This document shows, one piece after another, positions 1-8,402 of a stretch of DNA of 64,000 nucleotides. How positions within the stretch are numbered: the first letter of the stretch is position 1; every line of letters begins with the position of its first letter. Source of the stretch: Candidatus Babeliales bacterium (lineage in GTDB: Bacteria > Babelota > Babeliae > Babelales > JABCYS01); NCBI GenBank assembly GCA_016929235.1, contig JAFGJD010000004.1:1-64000 (forward strand), in the 5' to 3' direction. Below the pieces are notes generated by a model. The model did no database searches and was not told the origin of the DNA. It was given only the letters and a program-made list of their open reading frames with translations. The position numbers were made by a program, and so were the translations under genes.

Positions 1-1
1 A

Positions 2-1474
2 TCAATGAACGGTAATTTTTGTGAAGGAACGGTGGTCTATCATCAACTCCCACGAAATGTCTTATACGCGCTCAATGAAATGGGATTTGACCCAGAGGCA
101 TACCGTGTATGTGCTGGCAACGAACTACAACAACTCAATCATAAAGAGCTCATGGCGCTTGTACACGCCGTTGCAGATATGCGCTACCAACATAATGGCA
201 ATGCCATGATCCAAGATACAACGGCCCATATTCTCACCACCGCAGATCGAGCTCGACTCCATAATGAACACGGTGATCTCAACAAAACCAATATTCTCCT
301 AGAAATATGTTCGTATGCACACAAAGCCCTCGATTGGCATATTATCGCCATGAAAGAAGTGGGTCGTTATTCAGTAAGACAACTTGCAGAGATTGCTCAA
401 CAACACGGCATCATTGCTGATACTGCATTTGTTGAACAATGGGAGCACGCCGTTGTAGAAGGCATAGACTTTCTAGGACAGGGAGCACACGGGCCTTTCG
501 ACTCTGTAGAGCGACTTGCCTATGCCATAACACACCCACAAGAAGTCTTGGAAGCTACTGGTAATATCATCGCGCGCACCATGAGGGTATTAGCTATACA
601 GGCCGAAATAGAAGACACCTGGGTCCCTGGAGTCGTACCAGACATCGAATCAATTGCAGCGTTTTACAGACAAGAGTTGGAGCCGCTCCATAAGACACTC
701 GTACACCTCTCACAGATGAACTCAAAACAATGGTTCCGGTTCCTTACGTCACTTGGATGTGACATGAAACTCTATAGTTCAGGGGGGCGCTTTATGAAAA
801 CAACAGGAACTCATATACGACAATCTTTTTTCAGACACATTGCTCCCATCATAGAAGCTGTAGAAGAAGAGCAGCTCGCACAAAAAATATTCGAAGTTGC
901 GTCAGAAATGGAAACCGTTGCACCTGGATATTGGGGTTACGATCCAAAATATCAAAAGCCAACACCGTTCACATATAAATCTCTAAAGTTATTTCGCAAA
1001 ATTCAAAACACACTAGAACTAATGGCCATGCCCAATGCGGAAGTAGCCGCCTTGAATAATTTATCAGGCAAAATGGGACGACCTCTTGGAGAAAGAGTTA
1101 TACGCCACATCCTTGAACCCGAAATTCGCATGGGAGGCAGATATAATGGTGGCCACTTTTATCAATCTGCTCTAGTGTTAGAGGACTTAGGCATCATAAA
1201 ACTGACAAATAAAATGGTTGATAAACAGGGCGTCATCATGGCAGATATTTTGGAAGTCAGGACTGGAACTTTATCTCATGGGAAGACATTCTTCCCTGAA
1301 TCTTGGACTCGTGAGCAATGTCTAGAGGCAATACAGAACGTGCAAAGCAAACTTGCATCTCGTGTCAAAAAATTTCCTACAGACAGAGTCATGACCTCCT
1401 ATGGAATCGAAATCGAAGTCGCACATAATGGTGAAACACTTTTCACAGCATATCCGCGTTTCAATAAAGGATAA
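2..1474 (+). CDS. Polymorphic toxin, 5'-partial, with C-terminal bacterial EndoU-type RNase domain
   Basis: The C-terminal ~130 aa carry the EndoU signature RHILE...GGHF...KTFFPESW...TAYP (His/His/Lys). The frame is open to the window edge, so the true start is probably upstream. The N-terminal part is unrecognised. Confidence 0.85.
   Translation, partial: SMNGNFCEGTVVYHQLPRNVLYALNEMGFDPEAYRVCAGNELQQLNHKELMALVHAVADMRYQHNGNAMIQDTTAHILTTADRARLHNEHGDLNKTNILLEICSYAHKALDWHIIAMKEVGRYSVRQLAEIAQQHGIIADTAFVEQWEHAVVEGIDFLGQGAHGPFDSVERLAYAITHPQEVLEATGNIIARTMRVLAIQAEIEDTWVPGVVPDIESIAAFYRQELEPLHKTLVHLSQMNSKQWFRFLTSLGCDMKLYSSGGRFMKTTGTHIRQSFFRHIAPIIEAVEEEQLAQKIFEVASEMETVAPGYWGYDPKYQKPTPFTYKSLKLFRKIQNTLELMAMPNAEVAALNNLSGKMGRPLGERVIRHILEPEIRMGGRYNGGHFYQSALVLEDLGIIKLTNKMVDKQGVIMADILEVRTGTLSHGKTFFPESWTREQCLEAIQNVQSKLASRVKKFPTDRVMTSYGIEIEVAHNGETLFTAYPRFNKG
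839..957 (+). repeat. Copy 1 of ~120-bp direct repeat (toxin pre-tip junction IAPIIEA...YWGYDPKYQK)
   Basis: Highly similar to 1884-2008. The last 26 nt (tggggttacgatccaaaatatcaaaa, 932-957) are identical to 1983-2008. Confidence 0.95.
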
Positions 1475-1475
1475 C

Positions 1476-1847
1476 ATGATTTATCAAGCAATCATTTGCA
1501 CGAAATCATTAACCATAGATTCTGCTTTCAACCATCTTGCAACTCTCGCTTATTTTTTGACATCGGTTACTCAAACAGACAATATCGACAGCTACTACAA
1601 GATTGCTCTCTCAGATGAAAACACAAGTCAAGGACAAGGGCCAGGAGACCTAAGCTTTGAAAAAAACAAGACAACCATACGAATTAAGACCGATTTAGAT
1701 TGCAAATGGGACAAAGAGGTATTCACAAGCAGTGCGGAAGCTTTTATTGCTATTCTCGAGAAATGGGAGCAGCTACTACAGGAAAATCACAGAGAAATTG
1801 TGATTACTCAAGACGGAGATAAAATAACCCTCGAAGGAAGAGACTAA
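1476..1847 (+). CDS. Putative cognate immunity protein of the EndoU toxin (~123 aa)
   Basis: ATG at 1476 lies 1 nt after the toxin stop. Small, acidic, no signal peptide, in the classic toxin-immunity arrangement. A homologous C-terminus recurs at ~2010-2150. Confidence 0.7.
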   Translation: MIYQAIICTKSLTIDSAFNHLATLAYFLTSVTQTDNIDSYYKIALSDENTSQGQGPGDLSFEKNKTTIRIKTDLDCKWDKEVFTSSAEAFIAILEKWEQLLQENHREIVITQDGDKITLEGRD

Positions 1848-1883
1848 TTTACAAATATCAGAAAAAATGAGGCATACCCCAAA

Positions 1884-2162
1884 ATTGCTCCCCTCATAGA
1901 AGCTGCAGAAAGAGCTCCCGTACAAGTCACCGAAAAAATATTCGAAGCTGCATCAGACATGGAAGCTGTTGCACCTAGATACTGGGGTTACGATCCAAAA
2001 TATCAAAAACTCGACACTCCTGACAAGGCAATTATTCTCCCCACCGTTCAGTTTATTCGTATTTTGGAAACATGGGATCGCCTGCTCTCAGAGCAACCAC
2101 AAGAGATCATCATCAAGGATGGTGATGAAATCAGACTCGAAGGTCGCAACCCTTCCCCTTGA
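1884..2162 (+). pseudogene. Collapsed orphan toxin/immunity cassette: repeat of the toxin junction fused in frame to the C-terminal part of an immunity paralog
   Basis: 1884-2008 repeats 839-957 with an indel. After YWGYDPKYQK the frame reads QFIRILETWDRLLSEQPQEIIIKDGDEIRLEGR, which matches immunity AFIAILEKWEQLLQENHREIVITQDGDKITLEGR. Confidence 0.8.
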
Positions 2163-2217
2163 CGTCTTATCGACACACAGTACCTTATGGACTATTAAGA
2201 ACAACTGAGGAGAACCC

Positions 2218-2697
2218 ATGAAATCGCTTCCGCTACTTTTTGTCGTTACTGCAGTCTATGTACATACAGCAACCGCATCTGACTTTGATCGCGAAGATGA
2301 GCTAGTGTCTTATAGCCATCTTAAGCATATTGATCCCAATGAAGTCATGCGATCTGAAACCCTAGTCGACAATCTCGTTACATCCTTTTATAAACAACCC
2401 CCAGTTGTTGCACGACCTATCAACTTTGTTGAGCAAACATGGCAGGCATTCTGGCGATACCTCATTGGAGCAGGTTGCTATGGCCTCGCGAAAAAGCTGT
2501 ATCTTAAAATTCAGGGGGTTGAAAAAAATAACTCATACCAACTGACAGGACTGCAACTCCTTCTATTGCTAGTACCATGGAGAAAGTTTATTGAGTGGCA
2601 AGATAACTACTGCCTACAAATGCGTATTAAGCCAAATAATGCGGCTCATATTGCTGGATTTATCTGTGCATCATTGGCTACGGCAAAGTTAAGCTAA
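2218..2697 (+). CDS. Hypothetical protein with signal peptide and hydrophobic segments
   Basis: RBS gaggag, Sec-like N-terminus MKSLPLLFVVTAVYVHTATA. No recognised domain. Confidence 0.65.
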   Translation: MKSLPLLFVVTAVYVHTATASDFDREDELVSYSHLKHIDPNEVMRSETLVDNLVTSFYKQPPVVARPINFVEQTWQAFWRYLIGAGCYGLAKKLYLKIQGVEKNNSYQLTGLQLLLLLVPWRKFIEWQDNYCLQMRIKPNNAAHIAGFICASLATAKLS

Positions 2698-3707
2698 AGC
2701 GTCCAATATGGATGTTCACCAGATAGTATGCGAACAACGTCGCTCGCCTGCCGGTGCTTCCTGATAAGTTGTCCTGACACAAATGGATCTACCCAACTCC
2801 TGCAAATCCACGCCTTAAGCACATGTCGGACAAATCCTAAAATCAAATCGGCTGCTTCATACATTTTAAATTGCGCAAATCCAAGTGGCGTTATTTCTGC
2901 GCCGCCGTATCGAACAACAATAGTATGTTTCTTGTGAATACCTCTTTGTGCAAGGGTACAGAGCGATATAAACACTGAACCGTTGTAACTGCGTATTGCA
3001 TCCATCACAAACATAGCCTCAAAAACCTCTCCATAACTGAGACCATGTAAAGGCGATAGCTTGTATCCTCGTTCAAGAAGATAATCCAGAATAACTCGAT
3101 ACCGATTTGCCGAACGTTGCATGTCGCTCTCATCGAATGCTTCTTGCACTATATCGCGAGCGTCATACTCTTGGTTTTTTGCGGCTCCATCAAAAACCAT
3201 AATGATCGCATAGACAAGATCGATGATACCCAGACGATGCCCATCAATCTCAAACGTAACATCAAACTCTCCTTCAAGAACTCGTGGAAATGAGAGATTG
3301 CAAATTTCATCAATCGTATACAGCGCGATAAGCGCATCTCCAGGCGATGCCCACTCTACGCCAGCATTTCTTGGAACAAAACTTCTCAATGGCCACCTAT
3401 CAGGCTCTCTATAAGAAGCATTATCATGATGAAGCTCGTCACACCCATAGGATCGCCACCGGTCATGCATGGTATCTCGTTTGCACAGGCGACGAACCGT
3501 CTCTTCATCTATGACTACTTCATACCGATCCGGAATTCTCTTCCATTCTTCCTGAAACCTCTGCCACCATTCTTCCTTGTTAAATTCAAATGGTTTATCC
3601 TGTTCATTCGCCTCATCTTCTTTCCTCTGTTCTTGCTCAGATTGCTCATCACAAAAAATTAATCCAACGACTGAAAAGAAAACATAGAAAATAAAGTGAA
3701 ATCTCAT
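2694..3707 (-). CDS. Hypothetical secreted protein
   Basis: 337-aa ORF with a hydrophobic N-terminus followed by an acidic linker. No recognised domain. Confidence 0.7.
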   Translation of the reverse strand: MRFHFIFYVFFSVVGLIFCDEQSEQEQRKEDEANEQDKPFEFNKEEWWQRFQEEWKRIPDRYEVVIDEETVRRLCKRDTMHDRWRSYGCDELHHDNASYREPDRWPLRSFVPRNAGVEWASPGDALIALYTIDEICNLSFPRVLEGEFDVTFEIDGHRLGIIDLVYAIIMVFDGAAKNQEYDARDIVQEAFDESDMQRSANRYRVILDYLLERGYKLSPLHGLSYGEVFEAMFVMDAIRSYNGSVFISLCTLAQRGIHKKHTIVVRYGGAEITPLGFAQFKMYEAADLILGFVRHVLKAWICRSWVDPFVSGQLIRKHRQASDVVRILSGEHPYWTL

Positions 3708-3815
3708 GGTCGATATCCCCTACATGTTGTAGTATCAAGACCACAGTATATCGATTCTCACTAATGAGACAAAATCAATCCCATTTATGTCCAACACAGC
3801 GAATTAATATCTAAG

Positions 3816-6800
3816 CTACAACACCCTTTCTTCAGAACGCATTTCCCGCTCACGATCATGACGTGCGCGCATTTCATCTTCACGACGCCGAGCTTCTTCA
3901 TCAACTCGTTCATGTTCTTGATCTGCCCTTTCTCTGCTGATTTTTCCCTCTGTAACCGCTTGCTCAATCTCCTGAAACCTTTGTACTTTTTGCTGAACCA
4001 GCTCCGCCTCTTCTTGCGCAAGCCGTTGATCAAAAACTTCAGACGTCTCTTCTACGATACGATTACGATACACGTCATCTTCAAAGGAAATCATGTCTGC
4101 AACTTGAGCAGCATCGATACCTGCTGCACGCAAATCTTCCTGCGTTGCCACGGCTGCATCTACTGCAAGCCCCGGTACGCCTGCCTCAACAGCGTCTACG
4201 CCATCTTCCATCGTTTCAGTAGCACCTAAAAGCGGTTCTCGCTCCGGAGCATCTAAAGCAATATCTCCAGAAGGATAACGTTGACGCACACTCGTACGCG
4301 TTTGGTCTTCAGCAATCCGTACTTGTGTCGTACGACTTGGAAATGCATCTGAAATCGCATTGGCAAAGTTCTTGAGCGCACGCAAGAATCTATCCACTAA
4401 TCCCAGCTCTCGCTGTGTCCTTGCCCCTATGATCTCGAGAACTCGTTGTCCCTCTTGTAGCCGTACAACGCCGTTCATCGTATCAAAGACACTTTGAGTA
4501 AGATTATTTCCATCTAATACAATGTTACTTAATTGCGGACATCTTGTTAGCAATCTGCCAAACGCCTCTTCACTTACATAGCGTAATTGATTTTCTGAAA
4601 GATCAAGCCGAACAAGTGATGGCGGTAATGAATCAACAAAATTTGTATCGAAAGTCTCTATACCATTATTGTTAAGATTCAACGTTCGCACTGAGGTCAT
4701 TTGATCCACAGGAATCTCTCTGAGATTTCGCAACATGTTGTCTGAGCAATTTACTACGGTGATACGTTGAAGCGGAATTTTGCCATCAGTTGCCAATCTC
4801 ATAAAACCCTCTGTACTCGAAAGTAATTGTCCTGATAGATCCAATGTTTTTGTGCCATCGGCAGCCTCAGCGTATAGCCGTCCTATAGTATCTGGCGCAT
4901 CGGCTTCCGCTGCAGGTAAGCGACGGTCTACAAGATCATTGACGCTTAACCCGTAATCAATGGCATAATTAAACAAACTTTCCTGATGCGTCTTTCCTCG
5001 GCTTCGTTGCCATTTATAATATTCGCGCGCAATCTCACGCTGCACAGCGAGAGAAAGACCATTGAATTCATGGCTTATTTGAAGACTGTCATCACTGTTA
5101 CTCCATAACTCAAGTGAGTTGCCAAGTTTTGAAACAAAGACGCGACCGCCAAAAACGTTAATGAACCACTCTGGTTCCATATTACTAATGCCCAGGATCC
5201 AAGCACGTGCAACCTCTGGGGTATAATCTTGTGGGAAGAATCTTCGTTGCACCCACGAAAACACGTTTGCACCTATCCATGCAACACCAGCTTTTTTTGC
5301 AGCTTCAACCGGCTGCATCTGAAAGAGATCTCGTAGTGCCGCAACACCACCCACAGCCTCTATGGCAATAGGCATGTACTCAATGACAGTGACACGAGCT
5401 TTTTGTACAAGATCTCTAATCTTCTGTCTAAACCAATCCTGCCATGTCTGGTCGTCTGGCGCAGGAAAATCGCCGAGTTCTTGGACAATAAAACGCTTAT
5501 ACTGCGCATCCTCATTGGCATGCATTGCGAGCCCGAGAATCATCATGCCCAAGTCCTCCGCCACATCAACCTGAACTGTTTTTCCCGGTTGTTCTTCATG
5601 AGCATTCAAAATACGCTGTGATCCTTGTGCCCTATACTCAGATAGTTTCACTCCAGCACCATCAAACTGAACCACTATGTCACGTGGCTGAAAATCCAAA
5701 AACGTACGATAGCGTTCTCGCATGGATTGCTTAAGGGTTTCACGCGCCGACTCGGCAACATCTCCCCCCAATAACTTATCCAGGACCTCATTCCTGTCGT
5801 CTGGTGACATATGAGTATCTTCAGCTCGTGCAAGCATAACGTTGTGATACTGCCTGAAGCACTCAAGAAACGTCTCATCTTGAAACAAGTCTTTCTGAGT
5901 CGCTTCGTTCTCAACTCCTGTTACTTGATCCAGCGAATCGTTTAGAAATGCAATAATATATTCTTGTGCCCATATTGCATCTTCAGCAAACATAACATCT
6001 CGAACATCTTGTCTGCTGAATAGATTGCGCCGAATCTGGAAATCTTCAATTCCCAGTCTGAAGGAGACTTCAAGTAGATCTGAAAAGTTAGGATCGTCAC
6101 CAGAAAGACTGCTCATACGAGTCGTAGCCATGCTGGCAAGCGCCGCCAAATTGTCAAACACAATATCCCCAACTCCTCCACGAGCATCTATCCGGTACAC
6201 GACCGTACCATCTTCCTGAACAACCATGGTGCGAGATACAAAATCTTCGGTCTTATCAAAAAAGGTATAAATGTCTCTGAGCGATGCAAGAGAAATGCTT
6301 TTGCGGCTACCACTTGCTGCTTGTTCAACGGTAACATTGATCAGTTCATCGAGGCGCTCCCCATCCTGCGGCCTTTCATAGTCATACCATTCAGCATCAG
6401 TCTGAACACGATTCCGCGAATACTCTTGGTAAACATCAAAAAACTGGGCTTGCAATTCCCACGGCATATTCAGCAGCTCATCTTGCACCTCTTGTGGTAA
6501 CGGCTGCAACAAGCCATACCTATCACCTGTCATATCAGCAATTTCTCCGTGGACCGCTTGATAAACATGTTCCATATATTGTTCGCTCAACCAAAATGCC
6601 TGCTGCAATCTAGGCTCGAGGTGCGAGAAAAGTTCGATTCTCACAGTTGGCCACACTTTCAGAAGCGAACTGATATCTTGAGTATCTAATGCTTCTTTTG
6701 TTGAGATGTAGGAAAAATATGCTTCACTTCCAGCCAGTAAATTTGTAGGCCACTTGAGGCCCCAACGAACTGCTTCTGCCAACAGATCTCCTGCAGATGC

Positions 6801-7112
6801 AACCTGAATGTCAATCTGAGAATTACGTATCAATTCCTCGATTTGTCGATACGCCTGCCCCTGCCCTCTGGCTCTATAAAATAACTCATAAACCGTTCCC
6901 GATAACTCAACCTTGCCCCCTTCAGCTGCGAATAATCTTGGATATGCATCGGACCAAATAGGATCGACTTGAAATGACTGTGTAGCATCATCTCTATTGA
7001 TAATGGTAACGGGCTGTGGCTCAGTTGACCTCCATGGCCACAGCCACTCTAAAGCTACAGCCTGACCACACCCCAAGGTAATCATCAATATCACAGGAAA
7101 CTTCTTACTCAT
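3816..7112 (-). CDS. Large secreted leucine-rich-repeat protein with C-terminal charged coiled coil (candidate host effector)
   Basis: Signal peptide MSKKFPVILMITLGCGQAVA and RBS aaggag. About 5 LRRs (TLDLSGQLL, VVNCSDNMLR, TLNLNNNGIE, RLDLSENQLR, NIVLDGNNLT). E/R-rich tail. Confidence 0.8.
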   Translation of the reverse strand: MSKKFPVILMITLGCGQAVALEWLWPWRSTEPQPVTIINRDDATQSFQVDPIWSDAYPRLFAAEGGKVELSGTVYELFYRARGQGQAYRQIEELIRNSQIDIQVASAGDLLAEAVRWGLKWPTNLLAGSEAYFSYISTKEALDTQDISSLLKVWPTVRIELFSHLEPRLQQAFWLSEQYMEHVYQAVHGEIADMTGDRYGLLQPLPQEVQDELLNMPWELQAQFFDVYQEYSRNRVQTDAEWYDYERPQDGERLDELINVTVEQAASGSRKSISLASLRDIYTFFDKTEDFVSRTMVVQEDGTVVYRIDARGGVGDIVFDNLAALASMATTRMSSLSGDDPNFSDLLEVSFRLGIEDFQIRRNLFSRQDVRDVMFAEDAIWAQEYIIAFLNDSLDQVTGVENEATQKDLFQDETFLECFRQYHNVMLARAEDTHMSPDDRNEVLDKLLGGDVAESARETLKQSMRERYRTFLDFQPRDIVVQFDGAGVKLSEYRAQGSQRILNAHEEQPGKTVQVDVAEDLGMMILGLAMHANEDAQYKRFIVQELGDFPAPDDQTWQDWFRQKIRDLVQKARVTVIEYMPIAIEAVGGVAALRDLFQMQPVEAAKKAGVAWIGANVFSWVQRRFFPQDYTPEVARAWILGISNMEPEWFINVFGGRVFVSKLGNSLELWSNSDDSLQISHEFNGLSLAVQREIAREYYKWQRSRGKTHQESLFNYAIDYGLSVNDLVDRRLPAAEADAPDTIGRLYAEAADGTKTLDLSGQLLSSTEGFMRLATDGKIPLQRITVVNCSDNMLRNLREIPVDQMTSVRTLNLNNNGIETFDTNFVDSLPPSLVRLDLSENQLRYVSEEAFGRLLTRCPQLSNIVLDGNNLTQSVFDTMNGVVRLQEGQRVLEIIGARTQRELGLVDRFLRALKNFANAISDAFPSRTTQVRIAEDQTRTSVRQRYPSGDIALDAPEREPLLGATETMEDGVDAVEAGVPGLAVDAAVATQEDLRAAGIDAAQVADMISFEDDVYRNRIVEETSEVFDQRLAQEEAELVQQKVQRFQEIEQAVTEGKISRERADQEHERVDEEARRREDEMRARHDREREMRSEERVL

Positions 7113-7257
7113 ACACACTTCTCCTTACCATCTTTACTAGGACTAAGGCAAACCTACTATATGCAGAGAGGACAAGACAAGAGTACCCATTTACCCTTTC
7201 ACCCAGGCCGAAGTATACTGAGTGACGCAGAGAAAGATAAACCGTCAGGAGACAATC

Positions 7258-8082
7258 ATGAAAATCACATCATTATGCGTGGCATCTTTAGTAGCCGCAG
7301 CAAGTTTACAGGTAAGCGCTCAACCAGTGGTGTGGGATCCTCCACATCCAAAGCCAGCCACAGAAGAGGAGGTTGTAGAGAACTACAAAGCGTTTCTCTT
7401 CCCAGCGGAAGAAGAGCTCGAAGAGCTGCGGGTTCTTTTCAGAGATGCAATAGGAAATCCTGATGAAATAACACGGCTTCACCACAGGATTAGATTACTG
7501 CAACATGCCATAAAATTAGCGGGTGGACTCAATAATGATCGTTACTACCCCTACCGCCCAGCAAACGCGTTATTAAACCAATTTCGCCAGACAGATTCCT
7601 ACAAAACATCGAGCCTGGCTTATCGCCTTAAGCTACAGGTATGGTCCCTCAGCGAAAGGGTTAATGTTTTTACTTGGGGTAAATATCAAGGGTCAGAAGG
7701 ATGGCTGGCTCGTCAAATCAACAAGTTACAGTTAAGAAATAGGTTTGATCGTGACTATCAATCATGTATGCACGTTACAGCTGATTCATTAAGCTTGCAG
7801 AGCGGCTATCTGCTAGCGTCTTTGCGCTATGGTATTAAACCGTCCGGAGAGCTCCGTGAAGACTGGCAACCTGAGTACCTACAGCCACTCTACACCGAAG
7901 AAAGGCCTCTCTCCTGGCCCTTTGAGGGAAAGATATCTCATCATTTGGTGTACTGGGAAGAAATACAACGGAGAATTGATCAAGAGAGAATTCGTCGCAT
8001 GCAAGAGCAGGGTGCCGACGAAGGTCGCAACCGCAGCGCAAGTGGCAGCGCCGCCAGTGACGATTCGGATATCTCTCGTTAG
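7258..8082 (+). CDS. Hypothetical secreted protein
   Basis: RBS aggag before ATG 7258. Signal peptide MKITSLCVASLVAAASLQVSA. Confidence 0.7.
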   Translation: MKITSLCVASLVAAASLQVSAQPVVWDPPHPKPATEEEVVENYKAFLFPAEEELEELRVLFRDAIGNPDEITRLHHRIRLLQHAIKLAGGLNNDRYYPYRPANALLNQFRQTDSYKTSSLAYRLKLQVWSLSERVNVFTWGKYQGSEGWLARQINKLQLRNRFDRDYQSCMHVTADSLSLQSGYLLASLRYGIKPSGELREDWQPEYLQPLYTEERPLSWPFEGKISHHLVYWEEIQRRIDQERIRRMQEQGADEGRNRSASGSAASDDSDISR

Positions 8083-8282
8083 ATAATCGCGAGTAACCTT
8101 GCGCACTAGATTACCAATCTACTCACACATCACACATGAACGGTTGAGCAGATTGTGAACCTATGTTTATTGATCGTCGTTATTTTCAATACTTTGATTG
8201 GTTGAGTTTGGACATTGTTAATATTCCAACCTACTGATTTGTGCACGTATTTTATACTTGGCTGAAAGCCTCGATCTGTTCC

Positions 8283-8359
8283 TGGTGTGCCCGGCAGGAT
8301 TCGAACCTGCGGCCTACGGATTAGAAGTCCGTCGCTCTATCCAACTGAGCTACGGGCAC
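8283..8359 (-). tRNA. tRNA-Arg(TCT)
   Basis: The reverse complement GTGCCCGTAGCTCAGTTGGATAGAGC-GACGGA CT TCT AA TCCGT-AGGCC GCAGG TTCGAAT CCTGC CGGGCAC A CCA folds as a cloverleaf with encoded CCA. Confidence 0.97.
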
Positions 8360-8402
8360 CTAAGGGATATTTTTGGAGTATAACCAACTTTGCCTCAAAA
8401 TC

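Noticed and set aside
1401..1475. Longer start for the immunity ORF given in the ORF track
   Set aside because: It overlaps the toxin 3' end by 74 nt. ATG 1476 right after the stop is the more plausible start.
8083..8282. Possible ncRNA between the 7258 gene and tRNA-Arg
   Set aside because: Only short weak hairpins are present, with no recognisable tmRNA, SRP, 6S or RNase P features.
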